This document shows positions 18,082-26,732 of a DNA stretch of 64,000 nucleotides, piece by piece (positions within the stretch are counted from its first letter, which is position 1; the number at the start of each line of letters is the position of its first letter). Source of the DNA: an uncultured Rikenellaceae bacterium (GTDB lineage Bacteria > Bacteroidota > Bacteroidia > Bacteroidales > VadinHA17); assembly GCA_964526345.1 (NCBI GenBank), contig CAZGKI010000003.1, positions 94,625-158,624 of the forward strand, written 5' to 3'. A program made the position numbers and the translations under genes. The notes beneath the pieces are model-generated. The model searched no databases, had not been told where the DNA came from, and worked only from the letters and a program-made list of their open reading frames with translations.

Positions 18082-18657
18082 ATGGTTAACTTTTTAATTT
18101 TCGGACCTCCCGGATCGGGCAAAGGTACCCAGTCAATAAAGCTGGCAGAGAAATTCAATCTTACTCATCTTTCAACCGGCGATATGCTGCGCGCCGAGAT
18201 AGCCGCAGGAACGGAGCTGGGAGAAAAGATGAGTTCAATAATGTCAAAAGGGCAGCTTGTTCCCGATGAGGTGGTAATTGAAATGATAGCTGCGAAGGTC
18301 GACAGTATAAAAGGATCTACAGGATTCCTTTTTGATGGTTTCCCGAGAACGGTTGCCCAGACAGAGGAACTTGAGGCGATGCTTAACGACAGAGGGATGA
18401 AGATTGACCGTATGCTTGTTCTCGAGGTGGATCATGATGAACTTGTAAGGAGACTGATTACCAGAGCGGAAATTTCGGGAAGACCTGATGATAAAGATCC
18501 GGCAGTTATTGAAAACCGTATCGATGTTTATAAGGAAAAAACCGAACCTATAATAGAATACTGCCGTAAACGTGGTATATACCAGCCGGTTGACGGTATG
18601 GGAACTATTGAAGATATTTTCAGACGACTGGCAGGATATATGAAGAAAAAGCTCTAA
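18082..18657 (+). CDS. adk: Adenylate kinase (short LID form)
   Basis: 191 aa with the P-loop GPPGSGKGTQ and the LFDGFPRT motif. No zinc-knuckle cysteines are present. Confidence 0.92.
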   Translation: MVNFLIFGPPGSGKGTQSIKLAEKFNLTHLSTGDMLRAEIAAGTELGEKMSSIMSKGQLVPDEVVIEMIAAKVDSIKGSTGFLFDGFPRTVAQTEELEAMLNDRGMKIDRMLVLEVDHDELVRRLITRAEISGRPDDKDPAVIENRIDVYKEKTEPIIEYCRKRGIYQPVDGMGTIEDIFRRLAGYMKKKL

Positions 18658-18694
18658 TTAGAAAATTTACAATTATGGATCATAATCGAAAGGG

Positions 18695-18755
18695 AGAAGG
18701 GGAGAGAGGGTGAATGGGAAAATTAATCTCCCCCTCTCCCCATCACTTCTTCTCC
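18695..18755. repeat. GGGGAGAG-family repeat forming a 12-bp hairpin between adk and obg
   Basis: GGGGAGAGAGGG (18699-18710) pairs with CCCCCTCTCCCC (18730-18741) with one mismatch and a 19-nt loop. It is related to 12955-13030. Confidence 0.7.
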
Positions 18756-18795
18756 TCATCCTTATCAGAAAATGATAATTTATTAAAGCAATAAT

Positions 18796-19788
18796 ATGTC
18801 TGGTTCTAACTTTGTCGATTACATAAAGGTTTTCTGTCGCTCGGGTAACGGTGGCGCCGGGTCAGCTCATTTCCGCAGGGAAAAGTTCGTCCCAAAGGGT
18901 GGTCCCGATGGTGGTGACGGAGGAAGAGGCGGACATATTATACTTCGCGGCAATGACCAGATGTGGACACTCCTGCACCTGAAATACCAGCGTCATATTT
19001 TTGCAGGAAATGGTATTAACGGAGGAGCGCAGCAGTCGACGGGCGCAGACGGCAAAGATGTCATCATCGAGGTACCCCTGGGAACTGTGGCAAAAACAGC
19101 AGAAAAGGAAGATCTTATTTTTGAAATAACAAGCCATGAGGAGGAAAAGATCCTTGTAAAAGGAGGACGTGGAGGGCTTGGGAATGTACATTTTAAATCT
19201 TCCACTAACCAGGCTCCACGATATGCTCAGCCAGGAGAGCCGGGTCTGGAAGACTGGTTTGTTCTGGAACTTAAAGTACTAGCTGATGTCGGACTGGTTG
19301 GCTTTCCGAATGCTGGCAAATCAACACTTCTATCCGTTGTTTCGGCAGCAAAGCCTAAAATTGCCGATTATGCCTTTACAACTCTTGTCCCCAATCTTGG
19401 TATTGTGAGCTACAGGGATGATAAATCATTTGTAATGGCCGATATACCTGGTATAATAGAGGGCGCTCATGAAGGTAAGGGGCTGGGAATAAGATTTTTA
19501 AGACATATAGAACGAAATTCAATACTGCTATTTATGATACCAGCCGACAGCAGGAATATACGTGAGGAATATAATATTCTTCTAAATGAAATGAAAATGT
19601 ATAACCCTGAATTGCTAGATAAAAAAAGAGTACTGGCAATATCCAAGTCGGATCTGCTCGATGAGGAACTGATAAATGAGGTGAGGAAAGACCTGCCGGA
19701 CCTGCCACGGGTGTTTATATCGTCGTTAACAGGATTGGGGCTGACCACTCTTAAGGATATGCTCTGGAAAGCTATGACAAACTATTAA
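18796..19788 (+). CDS. obg: GTPase Obg/CgtA
   Basis: 330 aa. It has the glycine-rich Obg fold ([12 protein letters not shown]) and G motifs [13 protein letters not shown] and SKSD. Confidence 0.92.
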   Translation: MSGSNFVDYIKVFCRSGNGGAGSAHFRREKFVPKGGPDGGDGGRGGHIILRGNDQMWTLLHLKYQRHIFAGNGINGGAQQSTGADGKDVIIEVPLGTVAKTAEKEDLIFEITSHEEEKILVKGGRGGLGNVHFKSSTNQAPRYAQPGEPGLEDWFVLELKVLADVGLVGFPNAGKSTLLSVVSAAKPKIADYAFTTLVPNLGIVSYRDDKSFVMADIPGIIEGAHEGKGLGIRFLRHIERNSILLFMIPADSRNIREEYNILLNEMKMYNPELLDKKRVLAISKSDLLDEELINEVRKDLPDLPRVFISSLTGLGLTTLKDMLWKAMTNY

Positions 19789-19798
19789 AAACCGGATT

Positions 19799-20353
19799 AT
19801 GTTAGAGCATCTTGACCAGCAGCTTTTTCTTTTTCTGAATTCACTGAACTCGTCCTTTTTCGATAAGGTAATGTATGCGATCAGCGGAAGGGTGATTTGG
19901 GCACCACTTTATCTTGCAATACTTATTTATCTGGGGTTCAAATATAAAAGGAAATTCCTGGTTATTCTGCTATTCGTTATTCTTGCAATCACACTTTCTG
20001 ACCAGGTGTCGGTGCACCTTTTTAAAAATATTTTTCACAGACTCCGGCCATGTCATGAGCCTGCACTGGTGGGGATGGTGCATCTGGTAAGGGGAGAGTG
20101 CGGCGGGCTTTACGGGTTTGTCTCTTCTCATGCTTCAAACTGTTTCAATGTAGCCCTGTTGAGCCTGATGCTGGTACAGAAGAAATGGTTTTCTGTATGC
20201 ATGCTAATATGGGCCTCTGTAATTGGATACAGCAGGATCTACCTTGGTGTTCATTACCCGGGCGACGTTATATGTGGTGCAATGGTGGGCGCGTTTATAG
20301 GCTGGGGAGTATATAAGTTGTATGAATTTACAGATAAAAAGGTACTAACCTGA
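19799..20353 (+). CDS. PAP2-family lipid phosphatase (membrane)
   Basis: 184 aa with the PAP2 motifs KNIFHRLRP, SSHASN and SRIYLGVHYPGD and several TM helices. Confidence 0.8.
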   Translation: MLEHLDQQLFLFLNSLNSSFFDKVMYAISGRVIWAPLYLAILIYLGFKYKRKFLVILLFVILAITLSDQVSVHLFKNIFHRLRPCHEPALVGMVHLVRGECGGLYGFVSSHASNCFNVALLSLMLVQKKWFSVCMLIWASVIGYSRIYLGVHYPGDVICGAMVGAFIGWGVYKLYEFTDKKVLT

Positions 20354-20356
20354 ACC

Positions 20357-21307
20357 ATGCTTTGTCTCAACCTCAAATCAAACGATCCTTATTTTAATCT
20401 TGCAACCGAAGAGTTTCTGCTAAAGAACAAAAGTGAAGATTATCTGATCCTTTACATTGATTCTCCATCGGTAATTATCGGTAAACACCAGGTTGCTCAC
20501 CGGGAAGCAGATACAAAATACGTTTTTGAGAATAATATTCCTGTAATAAGACGAATTTCAGGAGGCGGGACAGTATACCATGACAGCGGAAATCTTAACT
20601 TTTCATTCATTACCCAAAGTGATCAGGGAAAGCAGGTCGATTTCAGAAAATACACGCTTCCAATAATTAAATACCTTGAATATCTTGGAGTTACAGCATA
20701 CTTTGAAGGTAAAAATGATCTCAGGGTGAACGGATTGAAAATATCAGGCAATGCTGAACATGTCTTTCATGAAAGGGTGCTGCACCACGGTACTCTTCTT
20801 TTCGATACAAACCTGCAGGCACTTGGAAATTCTTTAAGAAAAGACCATGCAAATTATACATCAAGAGCAGTCAGTTCGAACCCTTCGTCTGTAATGAACC
20901 TGAAAGAAATTTTACCCGGAGTGCAAGGTATTGAAGGATTAAGGAATATGATGATTGAGTTCTTTCTGAATCAGGACGACAATAATATGGAAGTTTCACT
21001 TGAGCCAGATGAGTTTCAGAAAATAGTATCGATTTCGGAATCAAAATATAGGACATGGGAATGGAACTTTGCATATGGTCCTGAATATCAGTTTGTTAAT
21101 AATTTTGAATTTGACAATCGGCCTCATTATTGCAGATTGATGGTGAAAGATGGCATAATAAACCAATGCGAAATTGAGGGGTCAGACAGGATGCGGCAGG
21201 CAGCAGGAAAGCTGAAAAGTTGCCGCCATATGGCAGAGGATATGCTTAAAATACTTGAGGTAGAGGATATTTTATTCAATGAATCGGATATCTTTAATTT
21301 TTTCTGA
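20357..21307 (+). CDS. lplA: Lipoate--protein ligase
   Basis: 316 aa. It is colinear with E. coli LplA (DPYFNLATEE, RRISGGGTVYHDSGNLNFSF, KISGNAEH, HHGTLLFD, WEWNF). Confidence 0.88.
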   Translation: MLCLNLKSNDPYFNLATEEFLLKNKSEDYLILYIDSPSVIIGKHQVAHREADTKYVFENNIPVIRRISGGGTVYHDSGNLNFSFITQSDQGKQVDFRKYTLPIIKYLEYLGVTAYFEGKNDLRVNGLKISGNAEHVFHERVLHHGTLLFDTNLQALGNSLRKDHANYTSRAVSSNPSSVMNLKEILPGVQGIEGLRNMMIEFFLNQDDNNMEVSLEPDEFQKIVSISESKYRTWEWNFAYGPEYQFVNNFEFDNRPHYCRLMVKDGIINQCEIEGSDRMRQAAGKLKSCRHMAEDMLKILEVEDILFNESDIFNFF

Positions 21308-21337
21308 GTATTTTCGGTTTGATACTATTTATTGTTA

Positions 21338-21354
21338 CACGGAGAACCACAGAG
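21338..21354. repeat. Two-unit remnant of the heptamer array (CACGGAG-aac-CACAGAG)
   Basis: TTGTTACACGGAGAACCACAGAG has the same TTGTTACAC prefix as 15088 and 10-bp spacing. Confidence 0.6.
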
Positions 21355-21363
21355 TAGAATGGA

Positions 21364-22110
21364 ATGGATATTTTAAAGTCAATAATTTTCTGGCTTGAAG
21401 GGATTGTTCTCATGCTCCTCTTTTTTCCTCTTACGTTAATTGTATGGATTATTGTACTGCCCTTTGACAGGAATCGTATAATAACTCACTGGATGCTTGT
21501 ATACCAGGCTCTTATTATTTCTTATGTGATCCCAATCTGGAAAATAAAGATTGAAGGAAGAAAGAAAATTGAACCTGATAAAACCTATGTTATCATTTGC
21601 AACCATCAGTCGATCCTTGATATACTTCTTATTAACTGCCTGAGATACAGGTATAAGTGGATCTCAAAAATTGAAGCTGTTAAAGTACCTGTCTTGGGTT
21701 GGTACCTTAAGATGGCTGGTTATATTACTGTCGACCGGGGTGATAAGGATAGCAAGGAGAAGATGCTTGAAGAGGCCTTTTTGTGCCTGAAAAAGGGGAT
21801 TTCCATTATGATATTTCCTGAAGGAACACGTTCTGCTGACAACCAGATCGCATTTTTTAAACGGGGAGCATTCCAGCTGGCAATTTCTGCAGATATCCCA
21901 ATTCTGCCTGTAATGATAGATGGAAGCGGTGGTGTTCTTCCGAAACATGGGTTTATTTTTGGCGGGTTCCACAGGATAATCATTAAGGTTTTTGACCCGG
22001 TACCACCCGACAAATTCAGTTCACGGATTCCGGAGGAGCTGGCATCTGAATTTCAGGATATGATGGCGATGAAACTTAAAGAAATAAGAGCCAACCGGCA
22101 CACCAAATGA
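21364..22110 (+). CDS. plsC: 1-acyl-sn-glycerol-3-phosphate acyltransferase
   Basis: 248 aa with an N-terminal TM helix, the HX4D motif NHQSILD, and FPEGTRS. Confidence 0.85.
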   Translation: MDILKSIIFWLEGIVLMLLFFPLTLIVWIIVLPFDRNRIITHWMLVYQALIISYVIPIWKIKIEGRKKIEPDKTYVIICNHQSILDILLINCLRYRYKWISKIEAVKVPVLGWYLKMAGYITVDRGDKDSKEKMLEEAFLCLKKGISIMIFPEGTRSADNQIAFFKRGAFQLAISADIPILPVMIDGSGGVLPKHGFIFGGFHRIIIKVFDPVPPDKFSSRIPEELASEFQDMMAMKLKEIRANRHTK

Positions 22111-22880
22111 CTTACGATCAGTCATATCGCAGGATACTCCAAAAGATGGGTTACTATGACTACCAGCACGGACTCATTTTTCGCCACCTGAAACAGGATA
22201 ATGAATGGAACAGACATCTGGAAAATTGCAGAAACTTCATACTCCATGCTGCCGATATTATTAAACCTGAGAAGATTACAGTTCTGGGCAGCGGCTGGCT
22301 TCTCGAGTTTCCCCTGGCGGAACTGGCAGAAAGAACTGAGAATATATGCCTGATTGATATTTTACACCCTAAAGAAGTTGTGGAGCAGGTCGGACAATTG
22401 AAAAATGTTGAGCTGGTGGAAGAGGATGTTTCAGGTGGCCTTATCAGAGAGGTATGGTTAAAAGCAGGAAAACGTACTTTCTTAAATAAACTGTCTTTTC
22501 TTGAAAATATTAGAATACCCGAATTCAATCTGGAAGATCCCGGAATGGTAATTTCATTAAATATTCTTACTCAGCTTGAGTCACTTCCTGTTAAATTTCT
22601 GAGAAAAAAAGCAAAAGTAAGTGAATCTGATCTTTCTAATTTCAGAAAAAAAATTCAGGAGAGTCATATAAGATTCCTGAAAAAACATAAATCTGTAGTC
22701 ATAACAGATACACACGAAGTATTTTTAAAAACTACTGGCAGTATCACTGATATTAAGACTCTTATCGCAGATCTTCCTGATGGCATCCATAAAAAATCAT
22801 GGAGATGGGATTTTGATATTAAGGGACTGGATTTTAATACGAAGCGGTCGGTTTTTGAGATTACGGCAATAATTCTTTGA
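22107..22880 (+). CDS. Hypothetical protein with a possible Rossmann/SAM-methyltransferase-like fold
   Basis: 257 aa. ITVLGSGWLLEFP...ICLIDI resembles methyltransferase motifs I/II. Its start overlaps the plsC stop (ATGA). The fold assignment is weak. Confidence 0.5.
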   Translation: MTYDQSYRRILQKMGYYDYQHGLIFRHLKQDNEWNRHLENCRNFILHAADIIKPEKITVLGSGWLLEFPLAELAERTENICLIDILHPKEVVEQVGQLKNVELVEEDVSGGLIREVWLKAGKRTFLNKLSFLENIRIPEFNLEDPGMVISLNILTQLESLPVKFLRKKAKVSESDLSNFRKKIQESHIRFLKKHKSVVITDTHEVFLKTTGSITDIKTLIADLPDGIHKKSWRWDFDIKGLDFNTKRSVFEITAIIL

Positions 22881-22885
22881 TCCGA

Positions 22886-24688
22886 ATGGAAGCAATAACC
22901 CTGGGGGAGAAATATTTCAGTAAGGCAGAAACATACAGAATTCAGGCTGAGAATGAAAATAAAACTCTTCTGCTGTTATCTGCTATGCGCCTTCTGACAT
23001 TTATCGGTGGTATTATTCTTATCTGGATCTGTTTTAACATATCAAAATACTATGGATTAATATCTGTTCTTGGAATTATTTCTTTATTTCTTTACCTGCT
23101 CAGAAGCTATTCATTTCATACTTCCCGGAAAGAATACCTTGTTAACCTTGAATTGATAAACCGGAATGAAGAAAAAGCTGTGTCAGGTGATTTTTCAATG
23201 TTTGAAAATGGCAGTTCCTTTGCCAGCACCACACATGATTTTTCGCACGATATTGATATTTTCGGGCCCTCGTCGCTTTTCCAGTATCTGAACAGAACTT
23301 CAACAGGATATGGCGGGGAGGTGCTTGCAGGATGGTTGTCAGATCCATATATTCTCTCAACCTCTTTATTATCGAGACAGGAGACAATAACCGAAATAGG
23401 TCCAAAGCTTGAGTGGAGGCAGAAGTTTCTTGCCACGGCCATGAATAAGAATCTCGACAGGGAACATATTTCAGGCCTGTTAAAGTGGCTGAAAGAAAAG
23501 CCAATGATAAATCCTTCATTGAAAAGAAAAGCTTTTATATGGATTCTGCCTTCCATAACCATTTCTTCCCTGCTGCTGCTGGCAGCTGGTTTAATGAGTT
23601 ATTATATCTTTCTGTCACTTTTCCTTGCGACTCTTTTCATTACTTTTTACAATTTGCGAAGAACTTCCGCAATTCATGAAGAACTGACAGGCAAGTACAG
23701 ATTCCTTTCTTCATTCAGTAGTCTCCTTGCATTATTGAAAAACGAATCATTTAGATCAGAGGCAGTTAATGCAATGAAAAAAGAAATTGCCGGAGAAAAC
23801 AGATCTGCAGTCACTGCACTGAAGGAGCTCAGCAGGATAATCCGGGCGTTTGACAGCAGGCTTAATATACTTGTTGGATTTTTTCTTAACGGATTATTCT
23901 TATGGGACCTGCACTGTATTAGGAGGCTCGAAAAGTGGAAATATGTTAACAGGGATCAGTTCCCGTTATGGCTGGATATGCTGGGACAGGTCGATGCATT
24001 AATAAGCCTGGGGAATTATACTTATAACAATCCTGGTTTTATATATCCCCGGCTGGCAGATGATGGCGCTCCCTTCAGAGCAAGAAAACTTGGACATCAG
24101 TTAATTGATCCGGTCAATCGTGTTTGTAACGACTTCGCACTTTCAAGCCGTAGCAGGATTTGCATAATTTCCGGAGCCAATATGGCCGGGAAAAGCACTT
24201 TTCTCAGAACAGTAGCTGTTAATTTTATTCTGGCAATGGTAGGAGCTCCTGTTTGTGCAGAAGAAATGCATTTTACTCCTGTAAAGCTATTTACAAGTAT
24301 GAGGACAACTGATTCTCTTTCTACAAATGAGTCATATTTTTATGCTGAGCTTAAAAGGCTAAGGTCTCTGGAACAAAAACTTTTAGAGGGTGAAAACCTG
24401 TTTTTTATTCTTGATGAGATTCTGAAAGGCACAAATTCGGAAGACAAGAGTCAGGGATCTAAATTATTCATAAAGAGGATCATAGAGTTAGGAGGAACAG
24501 GCCTTATAGCAACTCACGATACTACTCTTGGTGAGATGGAGAAGGGACACCCGGGGGTAATAATAAATAAATGTGTTGAAGTTGAGATAGATGGGGAGAA
24601 GATTATTTTCGACTATTTATTACGTGATGGTATTGCAAGTAAAAGGAATGCCGTTCTTTTAATGAGACAGATGGGTATTCTCGGCTGA
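22886..24688 (+). CDS. Membrane-anchored MutS-related ATPase (MutS domain V only)
   Basis: Walker A GANMAGKST, Walker B FFILDEILKGTN and THD are present. Several N-terminal and central TM helices are predicted, and there is no mismatch-binding domain. The track start is TTG at 22877. The ATG at 22886 is preferred. Confidence 0.8.
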   Translation: MEAITLGEKYFSKAETYRIQAENENKTLLLLSAMRLLTFIGGIILIWICFNISKYYGLISVLGIISLFLYLLRSYSFHTSRKEYLVNLELINRNEEKAVSGDFSMFENGSSFASTTHDFSHDIDIFGPSSLFQYLNRTSTGYGGEVLAGWLSDPYILSTSLLSRQETITEIGPKLEWRQKFLATAMNKNLDREHISGLLKWLKEKPMINPSLKRKAFIWILPSITISSLLLLAAGLMSYYIFLSLFLATLFITFYNLRRTSAIHEELTGKYRFLSSFSSLLALLKNESFRSEAVNAMKKEIAGENRSAVTALKELSRIIRAFDSRLNILVGFFLNGLFLWDLHCIRRLEKWKYVNRDQFPLWLDMLGQVDALISLGNYTYNNPGFIYPRLADDGAPFRARKLGHQLIDPVNRVCNDFALSSRSRICIISGANMAGKSTFLRTVAVNFILAMVGAPVCAEEMHFTPVKLFTSMRTTDSLSTNESYFYAELKRLRSLEQKLLEGENLFFILDEILKGTNSEDKSQGSKLFIKRIIELGGTGLIATHDTTLGEMEKGHPGVIINKCVEVEIDGEKIIFDYLLRDGIASKRNAVLLMRQMGILG

Positions 24689-24829
24689 ATTTTTATCAAT
24701 ATTCAGCATATTATTAAACCATCATTGCGACGATCTGATAATTCATTTTGAGACATTTGGGTAAGGCGTCCGGATGATAATTCAGGTCGATTGTTGAAAA
24801 ATTGGTAATCAGCGACACCTCTATTTGAC

Positions 24830-24837
24830 TATATTTG
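24830..24837 (+). promoter_or_regulatory. Candidate -7 box (TATATTTG) for parE
   Basis: Exact TAnnTTTG, 17 nt upstream of the ATG at 24855. It lies inside the TTG-extended ORF, which argues for the ATG start. Confidence 0.4.
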
Positions 24838-24854
24838 CGCAAAATTTCTGCAAA

Positions 24855-26702
24855 ATGTCGGTTGTTGGATATTCGGAAGAGCATATAAAAACCCTGGAAT
24901 GGAGAGAGCATATCCGTCTGAGACCCGGTATGTATATAGGTAAGCTTGGTGACGGTTCATCGCAGGATGATGGCGTTTACGTATTGCTCAAGGAGGTTAT
25001 GGATAATGCCGTCGACGAATACATGATGGGCTTCGGGAAGAAGATAGATGTTTCGATAACCGGCAAGGAGGTAAAAGTGCGTGATTATGGCAGAGGGATA
25101 CCGCTTGGCAAGGTCCTGGATGCCGTTTCAAGGATGAATACCGGCGCAAAATATGATTCCAAAGCCTTCAAAAAATCGGTAGGGTTGAACGGTGTCGGAG
25201 TAAAGGCTGTTAATGCCCTCTCGGCAAAATTTGTTATCAGGTCAATACGCGACGGCCAGATTAAAGTGAGCGAGTTTGAACACGGGATAACTGTTAAAGA
25301 TCATCCTGTTAAGACAACAACCGAGGAGAATGGTGTTGAGGTGATCTTTCAGCCTGATGAGGAAATGTTCGGTAATTATTTTTACATTTCTGAATACGTA
25401 GACACAATGTTGAAAAACTACGTATATCTTAATTCAGGACTGGTTATTAATTTTAACGGTAACAAGTTCTTCTCACGGAATGGTCTGGCTGATCTCCTGA
25501 ATGAAAATATGAGCAAGGAGGGGCTCTATCCTCTGGTTCACCTGATGGGCGACGACATTGAATTGGCATTTACCCATGGTCTGCAGTATGGTGAGGATTA
25601 CTACAGTTTTGTGAATGGTCAGAATACAACACAGGGCGGCACTCACCTTATTGCTTTCAGGGAAGCCATTGTTCGCACCATCAGGGATTTTTACAAGAAA
25701 GATTATGATCCGGCCGACATACGGTCGTCGATAATTGCAGCAATAAGCATAAAAGTTGAAGAACCGATCTTTGAGTCTCAGACTAAAACAAAGCTGGGTT
25801 CAAAAGATATGGCTCCCGGGGGTCAGTCTGTCAGGAATTTCATTTCGGAATTCATTAAGAAACAGCTCGACGATTACCTTCATAAGAATTCTGAGACTGC
25901 ACATATATTGTTGAAGAAGATCCAGGACTCTGAAAAAGAAAGGAAAGCTATCTCCTCGATACAGAAGCTGGCCCGCGACAAGGCTAAAAAAGTTAATCTT
26001 CACAATAAAAAGCTGAGAGATTGCCGAATACATTATAATGCAAATGACGACAGGAAACTGGATTCAACCATCTTTATAACCGAAGGCGATTCTGCCAGCG
26101 GGTCAATCACCAAATCGAGGGATGTGGAGACACAGGCAGTCTTCAGCCTTAGAGGAAAGCCGCTCAATTCTTTCGGCCTTACCAAAAAGATTGTTTACGA
26201 GAACGAAGAATTCAACCTGCTTCAGGCAGCGCTGAATATAGAGGATGGCATTGAGAACCTGCGCTATAACAATGTTGTTATTGCCACCGATGCCGATGTC
26301 GATGGTATGCATATAAGGCTCCTGCTACTTACTTTTTTCCTTCAGTTTTTCCCGGAGCTTGTGAGAAAAGGACATGTTTTTATTCTTCAGACTCCTCTCT
26401 TCAGGGTGAGGAACAAAAAGGAAACAAGGTATTGCTATTCTCCCGATGAAAAGGCAAAAGCCATTAAGGATCTGGGACCTAACCCTGAAATCACAAGATT
26501 TAAAGGTTTAGGAGAAATATCTCCCGATGAATTTATCCATTTTATTGGGAAAGATATACGGCTGGAGCCTGTCCGGATGAAAAAACATGATGCCATCAAC
26601 GGTTACCTGGAATTTTATATGGGGAAGAATACTCCTGAAAGACAGGATTTTATAATTGAGAATCTCAGAGTTGAAGAGGATCTGGCAGAAGAGGAGAAAT
26701 AA
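24855..26702 (+). CDS. parE: DNA topoisomerase IV subunit B (type IIA, GHKL + Toprim)
   Basis: [11 protein letters not shown], the GHKL ATPase, and Toprim motifs EGDSASG and [11 protein letters not shown] are present. At about 615 aa it lacks the long GyrB insert and is followed directly by parC. Confidence 0.85.
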   Translation: MSVVGYSEEHIKTLEWREHIRLRPGMYIGKLGDGSSQDDGVYVLLKEVMDNAVDEYMMGFGKKIDVSITGKEVKVRDYGRGIPLGKVLDAVSRMNTGAKYDSKAFKKSVGLNGVGVKAVNALSAKFVIRSIRDGQIKVSEFEHGITVKDHPVKTTTEENGVEVIFQPDEEMFGNYFYISEYVDTMLKNYVYLNSGLVINFNGNKFFSRNGLADLLNENMSKEGLYPLVHLMGDDIELAFTHGLQYGEDYYSFVNGQNTTQGGTHLIAFREAIVRTIRDFYKKDYDPADIRSSIIAAISIKVEEPIFESQTKTKLGSKDMAPGGQSVRNFISEFIKKQLDDYLHKNSETAHILLKKIQDSEKERKAISSIQKLARDKAKKVNLHNKKLRDCRIHYNANDDRKLDSTIFITEGDSASGSITKSRDVETQAVFSLRGKPLNSFGLTKKIVYENEEFNLLQAALNIEDGIENLRYNNVVIATDADVDGMHIRLLLLTFFLQFFPELVRKGHVFILQTPLFRVRNKKETRYCYSPDEKAKAIKDLGPNPEITRFKGLGEISPDEFIHFIGKDIRLEPVRMKKHDAINGYLEFYMGKNTPERQDFIIENLRVEEDLAEEEK

Positions 26703-26732
26703 AATAATTATTGGAAGATCACGGGTGTATAT

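Noticed and set aside
20872-20885. tRNA T-loop-like GTTCGAACCC motif. A general tRNA/rRNA scan was also done.
   Set aside because: The motif lies inside the lplA reading frame with no surrounding cloverleaf. No other T-loop or anticodon-arm candidates were seen in intergenic regions.
24825-24854. TTG-initiated 10-codon N-terminal extension of parE given in the ORF track
   Set aside because: An exact TAnnTTTG -7 box (24830-24837) lies inside the extension. The in-frame ATG at 24855 gives the conserved start [16 protein letters not shown].
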